Source of the DNA: Candidatus Dormiibacterota bacterium
GTDB taxonomy: Bacteria > Chloroflexota > Dormibacteria > Aeolococcales > Aeolococcaceae
DNA: 64,000 nt
NCBI GenBank assembly: GCA_963819095.1
Contig: CAWFUO010000006.1
Span: forward strand, 320,002-384,001
Direction of reading: 5' to 3'
Made by a program: the position numbers and the translations under genes. Shown here one piece after another: positions 35,967 to 44,861 of this stretch (position 1 is the stretch's first letter; each line of letters begins with the position of its first letter). Under the pieces are notes generated by a model. The model did not search any database. It saw nothing but the letters and a program-made list of their open reading frames with translations, and was not told the DNA's origin.

Positions 35967-37213
35967 GCGAGCGCGAACGCTGCGTGCTCGCGTACAGCGG
36001 CGGTCTCGACACATCGGTGGCGATCCGGTGGCTGCAGGAGGAGCTCGGCTACGACGTCATCACGCTCACCGCGGATCTCGGGGAGTCGAAGGATGTCGAC
36101 GCGGTCGTCACGCGGGCGCTGCGCACCGGCGCGCTGAGCGCACACGTCGCCGACGCACGCCGCGTGTTCGTCAACGCCTTCTGCTTTCCAACTCTCGCGG
36201 CTGGTGCGCTGTATGAAGGGGTGTATCCGCTGGCCACCGCGCTGGCGCGGCCACTCATCGCCAAGTTGCTCGTGGACGTCGCGCGTGAAGAGGGCGCAAC
36301 CGCGGTCGCGCACGGATGCACGGGCAAGGGCAACGACCAGGTGCGTTTCGACGTCGCCGTCGGTGCGCTCGCGCCCGAGCTGCGCGTGGTCGCGCCGGTG
36401 CGCGACTGGGACATGGGCCGGCCGCAGGAGCTCGAGTACGCCGCCGAGCATGGCATCGAGGTGCCGGTCACCAAGGCGTCCCCATATTCCGTGGATGCCA
36501 ACCTCTGGGGGCGCAGCATCGAGACCGGGGTGCTCGAGGATCCGTGGGTTGAGCCTCCGGACGACGTCTACGAGTGGACCGCGCACGAGCACGCACCGGG
36601 TGTCGTCGTGGAGATCGGCTTCGAACGCGGCACCCCTGTGTCCATCGATGGACGCAGGCTCGAAGGTGATCACCTGGTGGCGGAGCTCAACGCAACCGCG
36701 GGTGCACGTGGCATCGGTCGTATCGATCACGTTGAGAACCGCCTCGTCGGCATCAAATCCCGAGAGATCTACGAGGCGCCGGCCGCGGTCACGCTCCATG
36801 CGGCTCATCACGCGCTCGAGAGCCTCACGATCACGCGCGATGTCGCTCGTTTCCAGCGCATCGTCGGCGACGAGTGGGCGCGGCTCGTGTACGACGGCCT
36901 CTGGTTCTCGGCGCTGCGCACAGCGCTCGACGCCTTCGTCCAGGAGACGCAGGTGCACGTGACCGGAACCGTGCGCATGCAACTCGAGGACGGCGTCGCA
37001 CAGGTCGTCGGCAGACGTGCTGACCGCTCGCTGTACAGCAACAACCTCGCGACGTATGACCGCGCGGGCGACACCTTCGACCATGCCGCGGCGCGCGGCT
37101 TCATCGAATTGTTCGGCCTGCCGCTGCGCACCCAGACACGGGTGCAGGGGGCCCTCGAGGACACGGCGCCGTTGTACGTCGAGCGGCGCACGCAGCGACG
37201 TGGCGACGTCTGA
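35963..37213 (+). CDS. argG: argininosuccinate synthase
   Basis: GTGA overlap with argR. AYSGGLDTS P-loop-like motif and HGCTGKGNDQVRF. Confidence 0.95.
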   Translation: MSERERCVLAYSGGLDTSVAIRWLQEELGYDVITLTADLGESKDVDAVVTRALRTGALSAHVADARRVFVNAFCFPTLAAGALYEGVYPLATALARPLIAKLLVDVAREEGATAVAHGCTGKGNDQVRFDVAVGALAPELRVVAPVRDWDMGRPQELEYAAEHGIEVPVTKASPYSVDANLWGRSIETGVLEDPWVEPPDDVYEWTAHEHAPGVVVEIGFERGTPVSIDGRRLEGDHLVAELNATAGARGIGRIDHVENRLVGIKSREIYEAPAAVTLHAAHHALESLTITRDVARFQRIVGDEWARLVYDGLWFSALRTALDAFVQETQVHVTGTVRMQLEDGVAQVVGRRADRSLYSNNLATYDRAGDTFDHAAARGFIELFGLPLRTQTRVQGALEDTAPLYVERRTQRRGDV

Positions 37214-37232
37214 CCGGGCGCGCAGCACGCGC

Positions 37233-38633
37233 GTGCCGAAGGTGTGGTCGGGTCGTCTGAGCGCACCCACCTCGGCGCAGGTCGAGGCATACACATCAAG
37301 CCTCGCCGTCGACCGCCGTCTGGGTGCGGATGACGTCGCAGGGTCACGCGCACATGCGCGCATGCTGCGCAGCATCGGCGTACTGACTACCACACAGCAC
37401 CGCGCCATCGACGCCGGCCTGCGGGCGATCGCAGCGGAGCTCTCCAACGACACGTTTGCCACAGCGCCGGGCGACGAGGACATCCACACGGCGGTGGAGC
37501 GGCGGCTGTTCGAGCTGGCCGGACCCGTCGCCGGCATGCTGCACACGGGGCGCAGCCGCAACGACCAGGTGGCCACCGACCTGCGCATGTGGTCGCGGCG
37601 CGCCTGCACTGATCTCCTCGTCGCGATCGCCGGCTTGCAGGAGGCATTGGTGCAGCGCGCGGCGGAGAACCGCAACGCGCCGATGCCCGGCTACACGCAT
37701 CTCCAGCGCGCCCAGGTGGTCTCACTCGCGCATCACCTGCTCGCGTACGTCGAGATGTTCGCGCGCGACGCGCTCCGCTTCGGTGCGGCGCGCGCAGCGT
37801 GCGACGAGCTCCCGCTTGGGAGCGGCGCGCTCGCCGGGTCAACCCTGCCGCTCGACCGCGACAGAGTGGCCCACGAGCTCGGCTTCGCACGCGTTGCCTC
37901 AAACAGCATGGACGCAGTCGCCGACCGGGACTTCGTCGTCGACATCACCTCCGCGTGCGCCCTCGCGATGGTGCACTGCTCGCGTCTCGGCGAAGAGCTC
38001 GTGCTGTGGTCGAGCGCGGAGTTCGGGTTCGCGGCCCTGCCCGACAGCCACGCCACCGGCTCATCGCTGATGCCGCAGAAGAAGAACGCCGATATCGCCG
38101 AGCTCGCGCGGGGAAGAAGCGGACGCGTCATCGGTGACGTCGTCGCGTTGCTCACGACGCTCAAGAGCTTGCCGCTCACCTACAACCGCGATCTTCAGGA
38201 AGACAAGGAACCGCTCTTCGACGCGGTGGACACCACCACCGCCACCATCCGCATGCTCACCGAGCTCATCGCGGTGATCCACTTCGACATCGACGCCATG
38301 CGGGCTGCGGCATCCGATCCATCGCTCCAGGCGACCGACGCGGCTGAGCACCTGGTCGCCAACGGCGTCGCCTTCCGCGAGGCGCACACCATCGTCGGCG
38401 CGATCGTTGCCCGCACCCTCGCCGGCGGACGAACGCTCGCCGACCTGAGCCTCGATGAGTGGCAGGCAGCCGCGAAGGAATTCGATCGAGACGTGCTCGA
38501 CCTGTTCGACGCCGACGCCGCACTCCGCCGCCGCGACGTTCCGGGCGGCCCCGGCCCGAGGTCGGTACGCAGGCAGCTCACGCGCGGACGAGCTCTCGTC
38601 GCCCGCACACGCAGGGCGGCCGCGGGCGGTTGA
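37233..38633 (+). CDS. argH: argininosuccinate lyase
   Basis: N-terminus VWSGRL and the fumarate-lyase signature GSSLMPQKKNAD. The GTG at 37233 is the first start after the argG stop. Confidence 0.9.
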   Translation: MPKVWSGRLSAPTSAQVEAYTSSLAVDRRLGADDVAGSRAHARMLRSIGVLTTTQHRAIDAGLRAIAAELSNDTFATAPGDEDIHTAVERRLFELAGPVAGMLHTGRSRNDQVATDLRMWSRRACTDLLVAIAGLQEALVQRAAENRNAPMPGYTHLQRAQVVSLAHHLLAYVEMFARDALRFGAARAACDELPLGSGALAGSTLPLDRDRVAHELGFARVASNSMDAVADRDFVVDITSACALAMVHCSRLGEELVLWSSAEFGFAALPDSHATGSSLMPQKKNADIAELARGRSGRVIGDVVALLTTLKSLPLTYNRDLQEDKEPLFDAVDTTTATIRMLTELIAVIHFDIDAMRAAASDPSLQATDAAEHLVANGVAFREAHTIVGAIVARTLAGGRTLADLSLDEWQAAAKEFDRDVLDLFDADAALRRRDVPGGPGPRSVRRQLTRGRALVARTRRAAAGG

Positions 38634-38661
38634 TCTCGCGGACGAACGTATCCTGAAGTCC

Positions 38662-39441
38662 GTGACCCGAGCGACCCTCATCGTCGGCGACGTCCAGGGT
38701 GACGTCGACCGGCTGCGGCAGGCGCTCGAGCCCTACCCCGAGGACGACGTCGACACGGTCTTCCTCGGCGACTTCTTCCAGGGCGGCGAACCCGGCGCCG
38801 GCGGCGGCGCCGCAGCGGCACGCCTGGCGATGACGCGTCGTAACTCTCGATCAGTGCTCGGCAACCACGACCTGTTTCTGCTCGTCATGGTCGAACGCTC
38901 CCGCGGCGGCGACCAGCTCGGCACGTGGACCACCCGCGACGGCCTCAGCATCGAGGACCTCTGGCTCAGCCGGCGCGGCGACTGGGCCGACCTCAACGCC
39001 GTCGCCGCGGACGCCGACCTCGAAGCCTGGCTGCGAGCGCTTCCCTTTCTCGTCGCGCTCGACGATGGCACGCTCGCCCAGCACACCGACGACGACCGTT
39101 ACGCCGAGATCGGCGACACCGTCGACGAGGTCAACGCCGCAGTGCACTCCTGGCTCGTCACCGACGGCGGCGCGTTCCAGTCGCTCCGCTACACCATCGG
39201 ACGGCACGCTTTTGAGGATCCGGCCCGCCTTCAGCGATACCTCGAGCATTTCGGGGTCCGGCGGATCGTCCACGGGCACACCCCCCACTGGGAAGACGTG
39301 CCCATCTCGTTCCACGGCGGTCTGGCAATCGGCTACGACGGCCGCTTCTCCCGCTACTGGGGCCGCGCCGAAGGCGAGGACGCCGGCCCAATCGGCGCGA
39401 CCGTGGCAATCCTCCCGCCGCTCCCAGGAGGCGCAGGCTGA
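38662..39441 (+). CDS. metallophosphoesterase (ApaH/PrpE-like Ser/Thr phosphatase family)
   Basis: Motifs GDVQGD, GDFF, GNHD, HGHT. The start is taken at GTG 38662, after the argH stop. Confidence 0.75.
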   Translation: MTRATLIVGDVQGDVDRLRQALEPYPEDDVDTVFLGDFFQGGEPGAGGGAAAARLAMTRRNSRSVLGNHDLFLLVMVERSRGGDQLGTWTTRDGLSIEDLWLSRRGDWADLNAVAADADLEAWLRALPFLVALDDGTLAQHTDDDRYAEIGDTVDEVNAAVHSWLVTDGGAFQSLRYTIGRHAFEDPARLQRYLEHFGVRRIVHGHTPHWEDVPISFHGGLAIGYDGRFSRYWGRAEGEDAGPIGATVAILPPLPGGAG

Positions 39442-39480
39442 GAACCTGCCCCGCCGGGTGTGAGGCGCACTCGCGCCAAA

Positions 39481-39760
39481 GCGAAGTTGTCAGCGACCGT
39501 ACCCAATCTGAGCCGGCCCCGGAGCGGGAGGGGGTGACCCGCACCACGGCGAATTTGTCAGCGCCCGAGCGAGCGCGACAATCTGCTTGCGCGAGGGAGG
39601 GCGCTGACAAGCTGAGCTCTGGCGTGGGTCACCCCCTCCCGCTCCGCGACGCAGCGCCTAGCAGCAGAAACACGGGCGCTGGCACGCTGAGCCACCCTCC
39701 CGCTCCGCGACGCAGCGCCTCGCAGCAAGCAAGAGGGCGCCGGCAAGCTGAGCCCCCGTA
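39481..39760 (+). repeat. nest of GC-rich palindromic repeats: one complete nested hairpin element plus tandem half-copies
   Basis: Perfect 21-bp outer stem (39520-39540 / 39626-39646). Perfect 12-bp inner stem (39555-39566 / 39599-39610). Identical 26-mer at 39634-39659 and 39695-39720. GGGCGCYGRCAMGCTGAGC occurs three times. Confidence 0.8.
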
Positions 39761-40465
39761 TCACGGGTGCCGGCTGAGCATCTCCCCAAGGCGAGCGATC
39801 GGAGGCTCCTGCCCGGCGGTGACGTAAGCGGTGACGATGAGCGAGAGCAGGAGGACCTTGAGCGCATGGAATGGCGCCGCAGCAGGATGCTGCACGACGA
39901 GGCCTGAGAGCGCGATCCCGTCGATGGCGCTGAGGATGGCGCCGGCCAGCTCGCGCGGCGAGACCAGTGAATAGGCGGGTAGACGGCCGAGCACCTGACG
40001 GAGCTCGACCTCGACCTCATCCATCAGGTGGGTGCGGAGCGCGGCACACCGGACGCGGAGCGCCGGGCTGCTCAGGCTGACCGTGTAGAGGTCGAGGAGC
40101 ATGCGAAAGAACTCGGGCTGATCGGTGCAGCGGGCCTCCGCGTGGTCGAGGCCCGTCACGATGCGCTCCAGCGGGTCGTCGACCGCCTCAACCACGGCCT
40201 TCCAGTTGGCGACCATCTGGCGCTCGGTCACGGTCACGACCTCGAGGAGCAGCTCCTCCTTCGAGTCGAAATAGTAGTGGAGGAGGCCGGGCGCGACCTT
40301 GGCCTCGCGAGCGACGTCCTTGAGGGATGTCTCGGCGTAGCCCTGGCGGCCGAGCACGGCAGCCGCAGCTCGGACGATCTGGGATCTCCTTCCGGCCTCG
40401 TCGAGGTCGACGCCCTGGACTGTCGTCCCTTCGTCCGTGGCGTTCATCGTGGCGATGTTTCTCAC
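39761..40465 (-). CDS. TetR/AcrR family transcriptional regulator
   Basis: HTH block GYAETSLKDVAREAKVAPGLLHYYFDSKEELL. Alternative start at ATG 40447. Confidence 0.85.
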   Translation of the reverse strand: MRNIATMNATDEGTTVQGVDLDEAGRRSQIVRAAAAVLGRQGYAETSLKDVAREAKVAPGLLHYYFDSKEELLLEVVTVTERQMVANWKAVVEAVDDPLERIVTGLDHAEARCTDQPEFFRMLLDLYTVSLSSPALRVRCAALRTHLMDEVEVELRQVLGRLPAYSLVSPRELAGAILSAIDGIALSGLVVQHPAAAPFHALKVLLLSLIVTAYVTAGQEPPIARLGEMLSRHP

Positions 40466-40520
40466 GCGTTCAACCTGAGCGGCAATCCTAACCCGGCGAA
40501 CGCGGTTTGAACCGGTTGCT

Positions 40521-41369
40521 TCAAGCGATGGGCTTGTGGAATCCCACCCCGATGGCGCCCGGTCCGCTGTGGCAGCCGACGACCGGGCCGACCACGGTCA
40601 GCGCGGGTTCGCTGGACACCAGCGGACGCATCCGCTCGACGAGCTCCGCGGCGATGTGCGGCCTGTCGGCGTGCGCGATCACCAGGTCGGCTCCACCCCA
40701 TGTCGCGGCCGCCTGCCGGCACTCGTCGACGACACGATCGATGGCGCGCGGGTAGGTCCGAACCCGCCCAACCGCCTCGATCACCCCGTCACGGATCTCG
40801 AGGATCGGCTTGATGTCGAGCACGGACCCGAGCATGGCGCGGGCTCCCCCGATGCGCCCGCCCCGGCGCAGGAACTCGAGGGTCTCGACGGTGAACAACA
40901 CCTTGTCGGTGCTTCCCACCGCGGCGATCGCGGCGACCACCGCATCGGCATCGCCGCCGGACTCGTCGACGCGCACCGCCTCGCGGACGGCTGCGTAGTG
41001 GCCGACCGCGACGCTGCGCGTGTCGATCACGCGAATGTCCAGCTCCGGCAGCGCGGCGCGTGCCTGGGTCGCCGACGCGAACGTGCCGCTCAGGTCCGCC
41101 GAGATGGTGGTGCAGACGATCGTCCCACCATCGGCGCCCAGCTCACGGAACACGTCCTCGAACTCCGCCGGGGTGGGCTGTGACGTTCGCGGGAAGGGGC
41201 CGGGCGCGGCCAGCCGTTTGTAGAACTGTTCGGCGCTGATGTCGACCCCGTCAGCGAAGGTCTGATCGCCGAAGATCACCTTGAGGGGCACGACCCGGAC
41301 CTCATGAGCGGCGCGAAAGGCCGGGTCGAGGTCGGCGGTGCTGTCGCACACCAGGTGCACCGAGGGCAT
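40521..41369 (-). CDS. DegV family fatty-acid-binding protein
   Basis: N-terminus VHLVCDSTADL and the blocks PRTSQPTP and FLRRGGRIG. The start is the ATG at 41369. Confidence 0.85.
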   Translation of the reverse strand: MPSVHLVCDSTADLDPAFRAAHEVRVVPLKVIFGDQTFADGVDISAEQFYKRLAAPGPFPRTSQPTPAEFEDVFRELGADGGTIVCTTISADLSGTFASATQARAALPELDIRVIDTRSVAVGHYAAVREAVRVDESGGDADAVVAAIAAVGSTDKVLFTVETLEFLRRGGRIGGARAMLGSVLDIKPILEIRDGVIEAVGRVRTYPRAIDRVVDECRQAAATWGGADLVIAHADRPHIAAELVERMRPLVSSEPALTVVGPVVGCHSGPGAIGVGFHKPIA

Positions 41370-41380
41370 GGCGCCGTAGC

Positions 41381-42244
41381 CTACCTCGCCGTCAACAGTC
41401 GCGCCGGATCCTCGCCGTTGTCCTCGGCGATGAGCAGGGCGCCGAGCAGGGATCGATCTTCGCCCAGCGTCCCGCGCGTGATCTCCGGTTGCGGCTGGAG
41501 GTGCAGGGATCGGTGCACCTCCTCGAAGAGCGACGGTGCGAAACGGGCCCAGCTCGCGCACACGCCGCCGCCGAAGACGACGACGTCGGGGTCATGCACC
41601 GCGGTGACGTTGACGGTCGCCAGCCCGATCCAGCGGCCGATCTCGACCCAGGCGTCCGGGTCGCTCAGATGCTCGGGGGCGACCCCGTAGCGCCGGGTGA
41701 TGGCCCGCCCGCTCGCCAGGGCCTCGAGGCAGCCCGCGCCGCCGCAGTGACAGGGTGGTCCGCCGAGCCAGGCGGGCCACAGCACCATGTGCCCGCCCTC
41801 GGTGTCGTGCCTGCCCACCACGATCCGGCCATCGCGTACCACCCCGCAGCCGATCCCGGTCGAGACCGTCCAGTACACCGCCGTGCGGTGCCCCGCCCCG
41901 GCGCCGAGCCGGGCTTCGGCGAGCGCCGCGCAATTGGCGTCGTTCTCGACCACGACCGGGCAGTCGAAGCGCTGACCGAGGAGGTGGGCCATCTCCAGGC
42001 CGTGCCATGAGGCCGGCATGCCGGGCGGGTTGCGGAGCGCACCCGTCGCTCGGTCGAAGGGCCCGGGCGCCGAGATCGCGATGGCCTCCGGGAGGACACC
42101 GCCCATCACCGCCTCGATCAGCCCCCGGAGCGTCGCAAGCGGGGAGTCGACCGGCGTCGGAATCCGCCGCACCGCCCCGATCGCGGCGCCTCGGCCGGCG
42201 GAGGCGGCGATCTTGGTGCCGCCGATGTCGAGGAGCGCGATCAC
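41381..42244 (-). CDS. ROK family sugar kinase
   Basis: LLDIGGTK ATP-binding motif. ROK signature and zinc motif CHCGGAGCLE. The ORF-track extension to 43249 is antisense to coaX and is rejected. Confidence 0.8.
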   Translation of the reverse strand: MIALLDIGGTKIAASAGRGAAIGAVRRIPTPVDSPLATLRGLIEAVMGGVLPEAIAISAPGPFDRATGALRNPPGMPASWHGLEMAHLLGQRFDCPVVVENDANCAALAEARLGAGAGHRTAVYWTVSTGIGCGVVRDGRIVVGRHDTEGGHMVLWPAWLGGPPCHCGGAGCLEALASGRAITRRYGVAPEHLSDPDAWVEIGRWIGLATVNVTAVHDPDVVVFGGGVCASWARFAPSLFEEVHRSLHLQPQPEITRGTLGEDRSLLGALLIAEDNGEDPARLLTAR

Positions 42245-42271
42245 GGGGCGATGATGCCTACACTCGCCGCG

Positions 42272-43036
42272 ATGCTGCTCGCAATCGATGTCGGCAACAC
42301 CAACATCGTCGTCGGGGTGTTCGACGGCGACGAGCTGGTCGCCGACTTCCGGATCCACACCGACGACCGTTTCACCGGGGATGAGCTGGGGCTCGTGGTC
42401 GTCGATCTGCTGGAACAGCGCGACCTCGCACCCGGGCAGGTGAACGAGGTGGTGGTCAGCAGCGTGGTTCCCACACTCGCGCGGAGCATCGACGAACTTT
42501 CCCACACCTACTTCAACACGCCGCCGATGGTGGTCGGGCCGGGGACGCGGACGGGCATCCGCATCCAGTACGACGATCCCCGGCGGGTGGGCGCGGACCG
42601 GATCGCCAACGCCATCGCCGCGCATCACCTGTACAAAGGGCCGGCCATCCTGGTCGACTTCGGCACGGCGACCACCTTCGACGCGATCGACGCGCGCGGC
42701 GATTACATGGGGGGCGCGATCGCGCCCGGGATCCAGCTCAGCCACGACGCCCTGGTGAGCCACGCGGCGATGCTCATCCGGGTGGAGCTCGTCGCCCCAA
42801 CAGAGGCGATCGGCCACTCGACCACCGGCAGCATGCAGTCGGGGATCGTGTTCGGCTACGTGGGCCTCGTCGAGGGGTTGGTCGGACGGTTCCGCAACGA
42901 GATGGAGGGTCAGCCCAAGGTGATCGCCACCGGCGGGCTCGCGCCGTCGCTGGCGAAGCTGATCCCGGCGATCGACATCGTCGATGAGCGGCTCACCCTG
43001 CACGGGCTCCGTCTCATCCACGATCAGAATCGCTGA
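42272..43036 (+). CDS. coaX: type III pantothenate kinase
   Basis: MLLAIDVGNTN N-terminus and the blocks DFGTATTFD and ATGGLA. Confidence 0.9.
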   Translation: MLLAIDVGNTNIVVGVFDGDELVADFRIHTDDRFTGDELGLVVVDLLEQRDLAPGQVNEVVVSSVVPTLARSIDELSHTYFNTPPMVVGPGTRTGIRIQYDDPRRVGADRIANAIAAHHLYKGPAILVDFGTATTFDAIDARGDYMGGAIAPGIQLSHDALVSHAAMLIRVELVAPTEAIGHSTTGSMQSGIVFGYVGLVEGLVGRFRNEMEGQPKVIATGGLAPSLAKLIPAIDIVDERLTLHGLRLIHDQNR

Positions 43037-43067
43037 TCGGACCCCGCCTGCCTCGTACCATGGCCTG

Positions 43068-44108
43068 ATGGCTGTCGCTGCGACCGCCGCCGCTCCGCTC
43101 CGGGTCGGCGCGCTTGAACTCTCGTCACCGGTCCTGGTTGCGCCCATGGTCGGTATCACCGACGCGCCGTGCCGGGCCCTGTGTCGCGAGTTCGGGGCCG
43201 GCGTCGTCTCCACCGAGATGGTCGCGGCCGAGGCCGTGGTCCGAAGCACCGACGCGGCCCTGCGTCTCCTCGACTTCCCCGGCGACGTGGAGCCGGTCGC
43301 GGCCCAGCTGGTGGGCTATGACCCGGCGATGATGTCCGACGCCGCCCAGGTCTGCGTCGAGCGGGGTGCCGTGCTCGTCGACGTCAACCTCGGCTGCCCG
43401 GTGCCGAAGGTGGTCAGCCGGGGGAGTGGGGCGGCCCTCGCTCGCGACATCGATGCGACTGCCCGGGTGGTCGCGGCGATGGTGGCGGCGGTCCAGGTTC
43501 CCGTCACCGTCAAGATGCGGCTCGGCTGGGATGCGTCGACCATCAACGCTCCCGAACTCGCCCGCGCCCTCGAGGATGCGGGCGCGGCGGCGGTGACGGT
43601 CCACGGGCGGACCCGCTGCCAGAAGTACGAGGGAAGGGCCGACTGGGTCGAGATCGCCCGGGTCAAGGAGGCGGTCAGCGTCCCGGTCTTCGGCAGCGGG
43701 GACGTCGAGGACGTCGACATCCTGGCGCACCGGATCGAGGCAGGGGTGGTCGATGGAGTGGTGATTGCCCGAGGGATGCTTGGCAACTTCTGGTTCGTGC
43801 GCCAGGCCGTGCACCGCCTCGCAACGGGGACGCAGCTGCCCGACCTCGCCTTCTCCGAGCGCATCGCGCTGGCACGGCGCCACCTCGACATGCTCTGCGC
43901 GTATCACGGCGAGACGCGCGCACTCCGCATCGGCCGCAAGTACGTCGCCTGGACGATTCGCGGATGCGCGGGGGCCGCGCGGCTGCGCGCGGAGGTCCAG
44001 ACGCTCGACACGCGTGAGCGGCTCGATGCGCTGCTTGATCGCACGCTCGCCGCCGGACCGCACCCGGAAGGGTGGTTCCGGCCGGTGTTCATCAGCGGTG
44101 AGGGTTAG
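43068..44108 (+). CDS. dus: tRNA-dihydrouridine synthase
   Basis: Blocks LAPMVGITDAPCR, DVNLGCP, TVHGRT. Confidence 0.9.
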   Translation: MAVAATAAAPLRVGALELSSPVLVAPMVGITDAPCRALCREFGAGVVSTEMVAAEAVVRSTDAALRLLDFPGDVEPVAAQLVGYDPAMMSDAAQVCVERGAVLVDVNLGCPVPKVVSRGSGAALARDIDATARVVAAMVAAVQVPVTVKMRLGWDASTINAPELARALEDAGAAAVTVHGRTRCQKYEGRADWVEIARVKEAVSVPVFGSGDVEDVDILAHRIEAGVVDGVVIARGMLGNFWFVRQAVHRLATGTQLPDLAFSERIALARRHLDMLCAYHGETRALRIGRKYVAWTIRGCAGAARLRAEVQTLDTRERLDALLDRTLAAGPHPEGWFRPVFISGEG

Positions 44109-44342
44109 CGTCGTATAAAAGAGAAGGGCGCCTCTGGAAACCAGAGACGCCCCGAGAGGGGGGGCAGTTAAAGAGATCCCCGCCATGACCTCGCTGCGGA
44201 TCATATGAATCAGAACGATTTCCGTCAAGGAATAACGACAACTTGTTACGCCGCGTTGGATGTTGCTCGCCTATACTCCGGGCTCCGCAGAGCGGAGGTC
44301 ACCGGATACCACGCCGGCATATTCGTCGTACCAGGGAATTGA

Positions 44343-44804
44343 ATGGACAAACCTGTGTTGCTGACGCGAGATGGACTCGCCAAGCTTGAACACGAGCTAG
44401 AAGAATTGCGCACCGTTCGTCGCTCCGAGGTGGCCGAGCGCATCAAGTACGCCAAGGACTTCGGCGACATCTCCGAGAACGCCGAGTACGACGAGGCGAA
44501 GAACGAGCAGGGCATGCTCGAAGGACGCATCCTCGTCGTCGAGAATATGCTCCGCAACGCCGTCATCATCGAAGAGGGAAGCGACAGCGGCATCGTCAGC
44601 GTCGGGACGACGGTCGACGTCAAGGACGACTTCGGCAAGCAGACGCTGACCATCGTCGGTCCCGCCGAGGTTGATGTCGCTGAGGGCCGAATCTCGATGA
44701 AGTCGCCGGTCGGCAAGGCGCTGCTGGGTCACAGCGTTGGTGACACAGTAGACGTGGTCAGCCCCGGTGGCTCCCGGCAGATCAAGATCGTCAAGATCAA
44801 CTAG
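44343..44804 (+). CDS. greA: transcription elongation factor GreA
   Basis: Blocks LTRDGLAKLEHELEEL, DISENAEYDEAK and the C-terminal SPVGKALLG. Confidence 0.95.
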   Translation: MDKPVLLTRDGLAKLEHELEELRTVRRSEVAERIKYAKDFGDISENAEYDEAKNEQGMLEGRILVVENMLRNAVIIEEGSDSGIVSVGTTVDVKDDFGKQTLTIVGPAEVDVAEGRISMKSPVGKALLGHSVGDTVDVVSPGGSRQIKIVKIN

Positions 44805-44861
44805 GGCACCGCGCGGCCGGTCACGCGCACGCGGCGAGCCCGGCCGGGGAAGATAGGCCGC

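Noticed and set aside
35681-37675. 664-aa minus-strand ORF antisense to argG and argH
   Set aside because: It is a shadow ORF across two certain plus-strand genes.
39599-39760. Tandem repeats considered as a possible CRISPR array
   Set aside because: The units are unequal in length (about 75, 61 and a partial unit). The intervening sequence is itself repeated, there are no unique spacers, and there are no cas genes. It is a duplication of half of a palindromic element.
42245-43249. Upstream extension of the ROK kinase ORF to 622 aa
   Set aside because: The extension is antisense to coaX and dus and has no ROK similarity. The ROK ATP-binding motif begins right at the GTG at 42244.
44126-44152. 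Hairpin GGGCGCCTCTGG-AAA-CCAGAGACGCCC after dus as an intrinsic terminator
   Set aside because: The stem has one mismatch and no U-tract follows. It may be a weak or Rho-assisted stop, but it is not supported well enough to list as a feature.
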